Positions 10,278 to 19,952 of a stretch of 64,000 nucleotides of DNA are shown here, in pieces. Within the stretch, counting starts at the first letter, position 1, and every line of letters begins with the position of its first letter. The stretch is from contig CDRNVI010000099.1 in NCBI GenBank assembly GCA_977017575.1, positions 124,001 to 188,000 of the forward strand, written 5' to 3'. A program made the position numbers and the translations under genes. The notes beneath the pieces were generated by a model, which saw nothing but the letters and a program-made list of their open reading frames with translations, was not told where the DNA came from and made no database searches. The DNA is from Paramoeba atlantica. Lineage: Eukaryota > Protista > Discosea.

Positions 10278-12473
10278 TATATCCAGAGTCTTGCGTCATC
10301 GCCATGTGTTGCAGCCGGCATTTTTTCACGTTTAGTTTCATCCCAATATCGCTTAGAACTTTGACGAGTGCGTTTGTAGCATTCTGCATTTCCTGGGGGG
10401 TATTTGTCAGAGTAGTGAGGTCATCTGCGAAGGCTTTTAGAAAAATTTCTTTCGCATTCCACGTGATCCTGTGTTCGGGGCAACTTGAACTGACAAAACG
10501 CAGAATTAGCTCAATCGCCAAGTTGAATAAAATAGGCGAAAGCGTATCTCCCTGCAATACGCCACGACCTATCTCAATAGACTTCGTGAGTCCCTCTGCA
10601 CATTTGTACATTTGTATAGACGCTCGTTCGTACAACGCTTTGATGTAGTTAATGAGGATCGGTGAGACGCGCGCCCATTTTAAGGCCTGAAATAAAATTG
10701 TATGGGGTATGGATCCAAACGCGTTTTTGATATCAAACTGGGCAAGCACGTATTGCCTTTTGTGGCGCCGCTGGTGCTCGAGGATCTCGCAAAGAACCTG
10801 GGTGTGCTTAACTGTCCCATTCATATGCGGCAAGAAGCCTTTTTGTATTGTTGTATCCAGGGCATTGGAATCCAGGGAATGCTGAAGGATACGGTGACTT
10901 AGGATTGAGTGGAAAAGCTTCCCAATGCAGCTAGTCAAGCTTATCGGCCGCTAGTTTTCCATACTTGAGGTGGGGCCCCCTTTGTGGATAAGTCGAGTGA
11001 CCGCAGTTTTCCAGGTTGGAGGGCATACACCAAATTTTAGGACATCATTAAACACCTGTGCCATGTGAGTAAAGAGAGGGGCGCAGCGCTTTAGCAGCGC
11101 GTTCGATACAGTGTCCGAGCCTGGGGCAGCCCCAGAGCGTTTGGATGCGACGGCTGCTGGGATCATGTCTGAGTCAATATCTGACCATTGCATCTCATCA
11201 AGGGGATTTGGTTTCGTAAATTCTGCGGGAGGAATCTTGTGTATCTCTTCTGGTCTAGACATTGAGCCCACAAAGAATCTTTCAACCTCCTGTACAGGAA
11301 CTGTAGGGTAGGACGTCCCAGTTTCTGAGGTAGATGGGTCGACGCGATCTAAGCATTCGCGCGCGGCTGTCCAGGGATTTCGCTGGAATCGCGTAAGAGC
11401 CCACCGTCGACCGATTTCTTTCCTCTGCATACTGGATTCTTCCATGTACTGTTTTAGTGCCTTTTCGGCTTCCTTTATTTCCCCTCGTTGCTTGTTTCTC
11501 GCAGGACCCACCAACCATGAACGTTAACGCACGTTTAAGTTGTCGAACGTGTTGACTGAGTACTTTCACTGTGCGTTCAATGGCTAAGGGTCGTGATTTT
11601 CTTCTGGCTCTGCCAGTTCTGGTCCGTATAAGAAAGCCGTGCGTCGGATCGTTTTCCCGTGCGGCCTCGAATGCAGTTACAGCGAGGATTGCTGAGAGTA
11701 TTTCAGCTTGCGACAGGGCGTCCTCTTTGTTTCGCGCCAGGTGGATGTACGAGTTGCAGCGCTCCTCGATCTTCGCAATAATACTCTCCCACTGTTCCTC
11801 TGTGAAACGGACTAGAACGCGACCTCCATTTATTGTGCGGAATGTTTCGAGTAGGTTCTGCAGTACAGGGAGAGGTCGGGTAGCCGGGATTTGCCGGACA
11901 CGAGGGATGCGCTGCAATATCGTGTGTTCGCAGTTTCCTTCTGGTGGGGGAGGTAAAGGTAAAGGCAGAGGCGTGGGATTTGTTGCGGACTGCACAAGGG
12001 GTAAAGAAGGTGAGGAGCGGCGTACAGAAGGAGAATCATGTTGCGGGGCGTGGACAAGTGGTGCATTCCGCCAAGGCTCAGTATTGAACTCGAGCGATTC
12101 GACGGGTTGGTGTGAACTGGGGGGTAGGTTGATGCGCGTGGAGGGGGCGGTAGTGAAGCTTTTGCGGCGCGTTCCGCATCACCCATTGCAGGGCACAGTA
12201 TATTTCTCGTGGTCCAGCATGTGGCAGAGTACGCTACTTCAGCGACTTTGAGGAGAACTCCTTTCTGGAAGCATTGATGTTTACATGTTGCCTTGTCCTT
12301 ACATTTATGAGCGCAGTTGCGACGAGGCGCTGTTGGGGCAGGGGTGTTGTTGTCATTGCTGGTGTGCAGGTCCGGAGAGGTACGGACGGGTTCGCGGAGT
12401 ACAACCTCCGTGCTAGATTGTATGACACCATTTTTGCAACATCGATGCTTGCACTGAGCTTTGTTGCTACATA

Positions 12474-13180
12474 CAGGGGTGTAAATTTGGATGTGGGGGG
12501 GGTCTAAAATTTGTAAAACTTAGCCAATTTTGGAAAATAATAGCGCATTCGAGAGCTCCCGAACAGGGCTCATGAACGTAACAAGGCCGAACTATGCACA
12601 AGGGGGTATTGCCCCCTAGACAAAGCGCCCCCTAAAGCTATTTGCAACTTTCTAAAACAATAGCAAATATCGAAAAAAAAAATTATAATTGCTATTATCG
12701 TCGATTAATCCCAATCACAATACAGCATCGCTTTCGAAAGCTCTTCATGGCATTTTCATGGGCCTTGAAACGCTGCTTCGATCGCAATGATCAAATCTGC
12801 ACTATTCCGAGGGGCTCAACCATTTTTGGAGTCGCCCACTATGGAACATGATTTTTTAGCGCGAAAAAGATTGTGTTGTTTCGTAATCAGCAACAAGAAC
12901 CATGCACCAGCTTGCTTTTACGTGCCCAGGCGAAGAATAAACCCTTTCGTAGTCTTTGTGTTCGGGTGATGGCCCACAACCCCATCTTTGTAGCATTAAT
13001 CAGGGGAGAAATCAGAAAAACTGTGAAAAATGCAAAATTTTCCCTCCCAAAAAACTAAGTTTTTTTACGTGCACTCGAAATTCTAATTAACGCAGATGCC
13101 GTACATGCACGTTCATGAGCCCAGTTCGAGAGCTCTCGAATGCGCTATAATTTTCCAAAATTGGCCAAGTTTTACAAAAT
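12474..13180 (-). mobile_element. deleted Tc1-like element with truncated right TIR
   Basis: TA|CAGGGGTGTAAATTTGG left end; internal pieces homologous to both ends of the 14296 transposase; right TIR breaks off at about 13180. Confidence 0.85.
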
Positions 13181-14087
13181 AAAAACGTTAGCGCACGTTT
13201 AAGTTGTCGAACGTGTTGACTGAGTACTTTCACTGTGCGTTCAATGGCTAATGGTCGTGAGTTTCTTCGGGCTCTGCCAGTTCTGGTCCGTATAAGAAAG
13301 CCGTGCGTCGGATCGTTTTCCCGTGCGGCCTCGAATGCAGTTACAGCGAGGATTGCTGAGAGTATTTCAGCTTGCGACAGGGCGTCCTCTTTGTTTCGCG
13401 CCAGGTGGATATACGAGTTGCAGCGTTCCTCGATCTTCGCAACCATACTCTCCCACTGTTCCTCTGTGAAACGGACTAGAACGCGACCTCCATTTATTGT
13501 GCGGAATGTTTCGAGTAGGTTCTGCAGTTCAGGGAGAGGTCGGGTAGCCGGGACTTGCCGGGCACGAGGGATGCGCTGCAATATCGTGTGTTCGCAGTTT
13601 CCTTCTGGTGGGGGAGGTAAAGGTAAGGGCAGAGGCGTGGGATCTGTTGCGGACTGCACAAGGGGTAAAGAAGGTGAGGAGCGGCGTACAGAAGGGGAAT
13701 CGTGTTGTGGGGCGTGGACAAGTGGTGCATTCCGCCAGGGCTCAGTATTGGACTCGAGCGATTCGAGGGGTTGGTGTGAACTGGGGGGTAGGTTGTTGCG
13801 CGTGGAGGGGGCGGTAGTGAAGCTTTTGCGGCGCGTTCCGCATCACCCATTGCAGGGCACAGTATATTTCTCGTGGTCCAGCATTTGGCAGAGTACGCTA
13901 CTTCAGCGACTTTGAGGAGAACTCCTTTCTGGCAGCATTGATGTTTACATGTTGCCTTGTCCTTACATTTATGAGCGCAGTTGCGACGAGGCGCTGTTGG
14001 GGCAGGGGTGTTGTTGTCATTGCTGGTGTGCAGGTCTGGAGAGGTACGGACGGGTTCGCGGAGTACAACCTCCTTTGTTGCTACATA
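13181..14087 (-). repeat. tandem duplicate of part of retrotransposon A (homologous to about 11520-12473)
   Basis: ORFs 13235..13915 and 11571..12251 are near-identical; the second copy lacks about 50 bp before the Tc1 insertion site. Confidence 0.9.
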
Positions 14088-15640
14088 CAGGGGTGTAAAT
14101 TTGGATGTGGGGGGGGTCTAAATTTTGTAAAACTTGGTCAATTTTGGAAAATAATAGCGCATTCGAGAGCTCTCGAACAGGGCTCATGAACGTAACAAGG
14201 CCGAACTAGGCACAAAGGGGTATTGCCCCCTCGACAAAGAGCCCCCAAACGCTATTTGCAACTTTCTAAAGCACGGGAAAAAATAGAAAAAAAAATTAAT
14301 AATTGCAGTTTCCGCCGTTCTTTTCAATCACAATACGGCATCGCTTACGAAAGCTCTTCATAGCGTTTTCAGAGGCTATAGAATGTGTCGTTTGAAGATC
14401 TTGAAACGCTGCTTCGATCGCAATGAGCAAATCTGTACGATTTCTAGGGGCCAAACCATTTTTGAAATTGTCCATTATGGACCATAAATTTTCAACGGGC
14501 ATGAGATCAGGTGATTTTGCTGGCCAAGGAAGAACAGTAATTCCTGTCTCTTGAAAGCTTGTCCTGGCCAGATTGTGCACCGTACAGTTATCCATTGCAA
14601 TAACGCTAGAACGGTGCCGCTTAAGGTAAGAAATTAACCCTCCACGCTTCTTCATGGCTTCATCAAAAATAGCGCCCGTCACTGTACCTCGGTTTCCTTG
14701 AGAACGAACAGAAGGAAAAACGTGAAGGTGAAACCCATGCTTAAGGCTCGCTGCCATCCAAACCATAACACCATTCCCCCCATGCCATGCATCCAATTCA
14801 CCTTGCTGCTCCTTGGGAGCGTGAGTTTTGCGGCAGAGGTACGTGATGTGCCCCCCACTCTTCCCACAAGTAAATTTTTTTTCATCCATCCAAATGATAT
14901 TGGACAGTTCCGCGTCACTCCACGTTAGCATTTCTTCACAGAAACGTACTCGTTTCTCTTTATGCACTGAGGTAAGTGCAGGGGATTTCCGGACTGTGCG
15001 CAAAACGATGCCATGTGATTTCATGTGGGTCGTCAAAGTTTGACGAGAGCAAGTGAACCCAAGATTTTCCATTAACCGGTGGAGCTCACTCCAGCTCCTG
15101 ATGCCATAGGGTTGATCTCGAACACCCTCGTCTATAGCTTTCAAAGCAGCCTCACGTAGTTCAGGTGTCACAGCGATGTTCGTTGGGGCGTGTTTCTGGT
15201 TCTTGGAGTCTACTTCTCCAGTATCACGATAGCGCTCCACCCAGCGCTTCACAGTAGCTTCATGAACTTGAAAATTGCGTGCGGTTAGGGAAAAAGACTG
15301 TGTTGCTTCGTAATCGGCAACAAGAAGCATGCGCCAGGTTGCTTTTATGTGCCCAGGCGAGGAATAAGCCCTTTCGGAGTGCTTATGTTTCGGAGATCGT
15401 CCACAATCCCGTCGTTGTGGCATGAATAAGGGCAAAAAACAGAAAAATTGTGAAAATTGCAGGATTTCGTCTTCCAAAAAACTAAGTTTTTTTGTGTGCA
15501 TTCGAAAATCTAATTAACACGGATACGGTATATGCACGTTCATGAGCCCTGTTCGAGATCTCTCGAATGCGCTATTATTTTCCAAAAATAGCCAAATTTT
15601 ACAAATTTTAGATCCCCCCACATCCAAATTTACACCCCTG
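14088..15640 (-). mobile_element. apparently intact Tc1-like transposon
   Basis: About 105-bp TIRs (CAGGGGTGTAAATTTGGATG...CATGAACGT), TA TSD at 14086-87 and 15641-42, uninterrupted transposase ORF. Confidence 0.95.
14296..15423 (-). CDS. Tc1/IS630-family transposase (DD32E)
   Basis: MPQRR start at 15423; HTH-like region (LTARNFQVHEATVKRWV); WMDE, MDN and WPAKSPDLMPVE motifs. Confidence 0.9.
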   Translation of the reverse strand: MPQRRDCGRSPKHKHSERAYSSPGHIKATWRMLLVADYEATQSFSLTARNFQVHEATVKRWVERYRDTGEVDSKNQKHAPTNIAVTPELREAALKAIDEGVRDQPYGIRSWSELHRLMENLGFTCSRQTLTTHMKSHGIVLRTVRKSPALTSVHKEKRVRFCEEMLTWSDAELSNIIWMDEKKFTCGKSGGHITYLCRKTHAPKEQQGELDAWHGGNGVMVWMAASLKHGFHLHVFPSVRSQGNRGTVTGAIFDEAMKKRGGLISYLKRHRSSVIAMDNCTVHNLARTSFQETGITVLPWPAKSPDLMPVENLWSIMDNFKNGLAPRNRTDLLIAIEAAFQDLQTTHSIASENAMKSFRKRCRIVIEKNGGNCNY

Positions 15641-16810
15641 TATGCGCCGACAGGGGCGATAATTGACTTCATTGGTTGATGTTTGTGTGTGGTGTGCGGC
15701 GTCATCCATGTATTCTAGTGAGGGCAGATTTGCGGTCGGGAGCTCCGGATCCCTGACCTCTTCGAAGTGTCCGATGTCTGGTGTGGTATGCTGATCGGTG
15801 TCTATGGATAAGTCTGCTGGTAGTGGACTACTTGCTCGAGCTATGGGTGGTTCCACGAGGGGTAGCACTGGTTGAGGACTACTTTGGGCATCTGTAATGG
15901 GGACCCCCACTTTGCAACACTTGTGCAGACAATTTCTTTTGTCGCGGCATGTGTGTTTGCACGGTCTTCTGTGAGAAGTAAGTGAGGGTTCCATAGGGGC
16001 AACGACCTCCGGAGAGGGAAGAGACACGCTAGGCGGAAGAGATCCCTCGTGTCGTACTTTGCAACATGCGTGGAGACACGATGTTTTGTCCCGGCATTTA
16101 TGAGCGCATGGGGCACGTGGTTCGGAAGCGTGTTTTGAGGCATATGATGGCGGTGACACCTTGTAAGAGTCATCTCGGATCCTATAGGGTGCGCCGTAGG
16201 TGATCTCTGGGTGACCCCGTAGTAGTTCAATGGGTTGTATTTTTCGAGTTACGTGTGTGATTTGGAATTTTCGTAATCCTGGGATGTCACTACCACATAG
16301 TTTCTTTGTGACCGCTTTACCGAGCGCGTTCGAAGAGGAGTACACTGCGTTAAGCTGCATGAACGAATCCATGTAGGCGGAACTCCACCTGGCGTGACAA
16401 AACGTGCGACTTCGGTTTCCCGTTTCTTGGTATTTTAGGTGTTCACATGCGTTGTTTTCAATGACATCTTGAATTGTACACGATGTGATTATCAGACCAT
16501 CACTTCTTTTGCTTTCCGACTTCAAGGATTTGCCGATCGAGACTTCAACCATGTGGACACTCGAGAAGAACTCTCGTTCTGTGAGGGCAATGGCTGCGGC
16601 ATGCGTGTCTGGGAAATATGACCATGTGACGCTGTCTGAGGGGCGGATTTTGACGGGCATCGCTCGACTTTGGATGAAGTGAAAGCTCTGGGGATGTCGC
16701 TGCGCGCTGACAGGTCCTCCAGGGGGGCCGTCGTGTGCGATGGGAGCCGGTGAGGTGACATTGGAGGCCATGCTTCGGAAGATAAAGTTAGTACAAAATT
16801 GAAAATAATT

Positions 16811-16836
16811 CAACAAGTTACAGAAACTGTATCTTT
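16811..16836 (-). other. spliced-leader-like relic at 5' end of copy A
   Basis: AAAGATACAGTTTCTGTAACTTGTTG; contains most of the ACAGTTTCTGTAC core conserved in kinetoplastid/diplonemid SL exons. Confidence 0.8.
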
Positions 16837-16850
16837 ATGAGACGCTATCT

Positions 16851-17227
16851 TTAAGACGCTGCAGATCCCTGGGTAATGTGTCTAACCTGACTTCGCCCAT
16901 GAGATCGTTTGAGTAAAGTTCCAACGCAAGTACGGTTACGAGCAAATGTTCCCAACGTAGCGTACCTCGTAGATTGCCTCCCCGGATAATGTGAGAGTAT
17001 GTTTCGCATGCCGAGTTCATATCGTGCCAATCGATCCTTTCAACATTTTGTGCATCATTGCAACGTACTCCGTACCACTCACACGCTGGAGTCAAAGTGG
17101 TTTTGAAATTACTACTCGACGGAAGTGAAACGTTTTCAAGAAATTGAAGTAACAGAATTTCAGCTGGAAGACGTGCATTCATACGCCCCAGACGTAGCGG
17201 TGTCGTATCCGCGTTTCGCACAAACAT
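16851..17227 (-). pseudogene. 5' half of LRR gene split by copy A
   Basis: MFVRNADTTPLRLGRMNARLP..TPACEWYGVRC..LPRDLQRL; near-identical in design to 36530..37156. Confidence 0.85.
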
Positions 17228-18012
17228 TACGTAGGTGTGCAAGGAAAAGGAATAACGTTTTTCGTAAAAAGGAACAATAATTTTTGAAAACTCTGAACAA
17301 TAATCTGAATGTAACGACCAAAACAAATTGTATTGAATGACAACTGAACGCATATTGAAACATTCTCGTGCACCTAATAGTGACCTGCACGAAATATAAC
17401 TTGTTCTATAATACATGTATCCTAAAAAACGAATTGTAGACCACAAATATAGAATTAAATCTTAATAAGATATAAAAATTATATAAAAGACTTATAATTT
17501 TCAGAAAGAAAAGAAAAATATAAGGGTAAAAGAAAACATCAAATCGATTAGAGGATTGATTGTCTAAATCTTCTGGAATGTTCTAAAATTTCTTCCTCTT
17601 CAGAATCTTCTTTCTCGTCTTCCGCAAAATGAAAAATCAGTTCTTCTTCGGCGTACAGTATATAAATAGAATATAGAAACAAACTGACAGTGATGTTATC
17701 ACTGTAAATTAAATTTGTAACTAATTTCCAGCAAAAAGATAAAGCACAAAAAATATGTACACGTATTGTTTTCATAGATAGTGCTTGAACCTCAATAATA
17801 GTACCATAATAAATTAGTTTTTGTACAGTTTTTGTAGTTTTACGGACCTCTGAATTATTGTGTGATATAATCAGACAAAAGTTTTTTTCTTCGAAAAAAA
17901 TAGAAATGCGCAAAAAAAGTAGTTTGTGTATAGCGCGCCAAAAAGTAACATATTTACAGTTTCTGAAGTTTTTGAACCCGTGATCGAAAGCCGGCGGTAC
18001 ATTATCACTGAG

Positions 18013-18675
18013 CTACATAATCAGACAAGCTCCCTTCTGCTCTCTGATAGCTCTGATTCTTGTCTCCCTAATAGAAATTCTAACGAATCGTGGCAGTTTT
18101 TTTACGTCGTACATTCCCTTTAGGTTTTCATTGCATTCTAAATTGAGCTCGTGAACGGCCTGTGGAAGACACTCAAAGTGTAAAGCCCGTTGGAAGTCAT
18201 TAAAAGAAAAGTTGAGATAGATCATTGTTCTAGGCAAGTCTGCGAAATCCAAGGTTCCTGAAAACGTGTTGGAAGCTAGATTAAGACTCTGCAGATCCCT
18301 GGGTAATGCGTCTAGCGTGACTGCTCCAGTTAAATAGTTCGTATAAAGCTGCAACTCAAGTAACGTTGCGGGCAAATGTTCCCAACGTAGCGTACCTCGT
18401 AGCTTACGTCCACCGAGAATAGCAGAGGAGTTCTGGTGTGCGGAGTGCATAGCGTGCCAATCGATCTTCTCAACCTTTTGTGCATCGTTGCAATGTACTC
18501 CGTACCACTCACATGCTGAAATCTTTGTGGTCTTAAAAAAGCTGCTTGGTGGCGCATCAACGTTTTCTAGAAATTGAACCAACAGAGTTTCCGGTGGAAG
18601 ATGTGCACCCACACGTCCCAGACGTAGCGGCAAGGAGTCTGCATTTTGGACAAACATTAGGTATGTAAGAAACAA
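18013..18675 (-). CDS. short LRR protein
   Basis: RLGRVGAHLP motif, SACEWYGVHC cap, four LRR-type repeats. Confidence 0.85.
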   Translation of the reverse strand: MFLTYLMFVQNADSLPLRLGRVGAHLPPETLLVQFLENVDAPPSSFFKTTKISACEWYGVHCNDAQKVEKIDWHAMHSAHQNSSAILGGRKLRGTLRWEHLPATLLELQLYTNYLTGAVTLDALPRDLQSLNLASNTFSGTLDFADLPRTMIYLNFSFNDFQRALHFECLPQAVHELNLECNENLKGMYDVKKLPRFVRISIRETRIRAIREQKGACLIM

Positions 18676-18987
18676 GATAAGACTACTCGAAAAAACAATT
18701 CTCGAAACAAATTAAGAAAATTGTCCATGAACAGGAATAATATTGTGAATGCAACAGAACTTCAGGTTTTAAAAGGGTTCGCTGCCAGATTTATGTCGCT
18801 TTAAATTTAATTTCATGTCCTTCAACTATCAGAACCACAGTTTGTTATAACTTTTTCTTGCTAGAATTATGCCAATATAATGGTGGTATACACCACCAAT
18901 GGTGGTATACCTTGTACAGATCTATACAACTGCTACAGTAGTATAGTGTATAGTCCATATACATGTACATGCATAAATCATTATGTT

Positions 18988-19178
18988 ACATAATAAGACA
19001 ACTCCCACGCCGTTCTGTGACAGATTTGATTTTTGTGCCCCTAATAAAAAATGTACCCGTGCCTATTATAACGCCTGTTGGCAGCTTATCCGCGTTATAT
19101 TTTCCCTGTAGGTTTACATTATCATTTAAGAAGAGCTCGTGGATCCCGCGCGGAAGATGCTCAAAGTGTAAAGCCTAA
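18988..19178 (-). pseudogene. 3' fragment of an LRR paralogue
   Basis: Manual translation ALHFEHLPRGIHELFLNDNVNLQGKYNADKLPTG..ERRGSCLIM*; downstream intergenic DNA matches 36365-36520. Confidence 0.8.
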
Positions 19179-19682
19179 AAGATCAAGAGGGGGATAAAGC
19201 TTAACCCACTGTGAGTAATGACATGGGACTACACATCTCTAACTTTAAAAAAAAATGTAGAAAATTGTTCAAAAAACGGCGCAATTTTTTTGGGACCGGA
19301 AGTATAAAGAGGGGGTGCTGATTTTTCATCTGGATGAAAACGGAAGTATAAAGGGGGGGGGGGTGACCTCCCTGAAGCATAAAGGGGGGGGGTGAATTAC
19401 CGTGCGCGTAAAAATTAAGGGTAATTATAATCATTGCAGTAAACATTAGTGCAGTAATTTGTTTTTAAAATCGCTCTGCACTAAATAATATTATTCTAGA
19501 AAAGTAACCTTTTTTCCATTTGCTCATTCTTTATGGTGCCATATCTGAAGATAGCTCCGACAATGAGGACACTTCTGAGCCAACTAACTATTCTTTATAC
19601 GTACGTATGTACAGTATGTATGTACAGTATGTACGCATACTGAATCAGCTCAATGTACTGTATTTCTCTAATCTTTGCTTTT

Positions 19683-19892
19683 CTGTGGGCTCTGCACTTT
19701 GTCTTATTACTCTCATTGATATCTTACGAAAAAATCATATAAGACTCGTGAAAATTAGTGCAGTAAAAATTCGTCCTGCACTAATATTAATTAGTGCAGG
19801 ACGTTTTTGAAAGCAATTTAGTGCACTAATTTTTACGAGTCTTATATGATTTTTCCTAAGACATCAAGGAGAGTAACAAACAGAGCCCACAG
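19683..19892. repeat. about 210-bp imperfect foldback palindrome (MITE-like)
   Basis: Arms CTGTGGGCTCTG..AAAATCATATAAGACTCGTGAAAATTAGTGCA and its reverse complement; central perfect 14-bp stem 19772-19803. Confidence 0.8.
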
Positions 19893-19952
19893 TAAAATAA
19901 TGAATAGATATGAAGAGAAATATAGATTTCAATGTTCACTTTTTGAAACACT

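Larger units (their letters stand above)
8030..16850 (-). mobile_element. RLE-type non-LTR retrotransposon copy A (full length, internally duplicated, three Tc1 insertions)
   Basis: SL-like relic 16811-16836; N-terminal ORF 15643-16772 with zinc fingers; RT motifs (WRPISL, QGDTLSP, FADD) 10280-11500; CPIC..H..C knuckle, RH and RPDG..IELTCPWE in 8134..9513; 3' end CATGATAACATATAT. Confidence 0.9.

Noticed and set aside
11571-12251. Long antisense ORFs over retrotransposons (also 13235..13915, 10145..10648, 8558..9151)
   Set aside because: Shadows of the minus-strand retroelement frame; no independent motifs.
17955-17965. TACAGTTTCTG SL-like core
   Set aside because: Opposite strand to local genes, and lacks both the AAAGA start and the TACYTTGTTG end.
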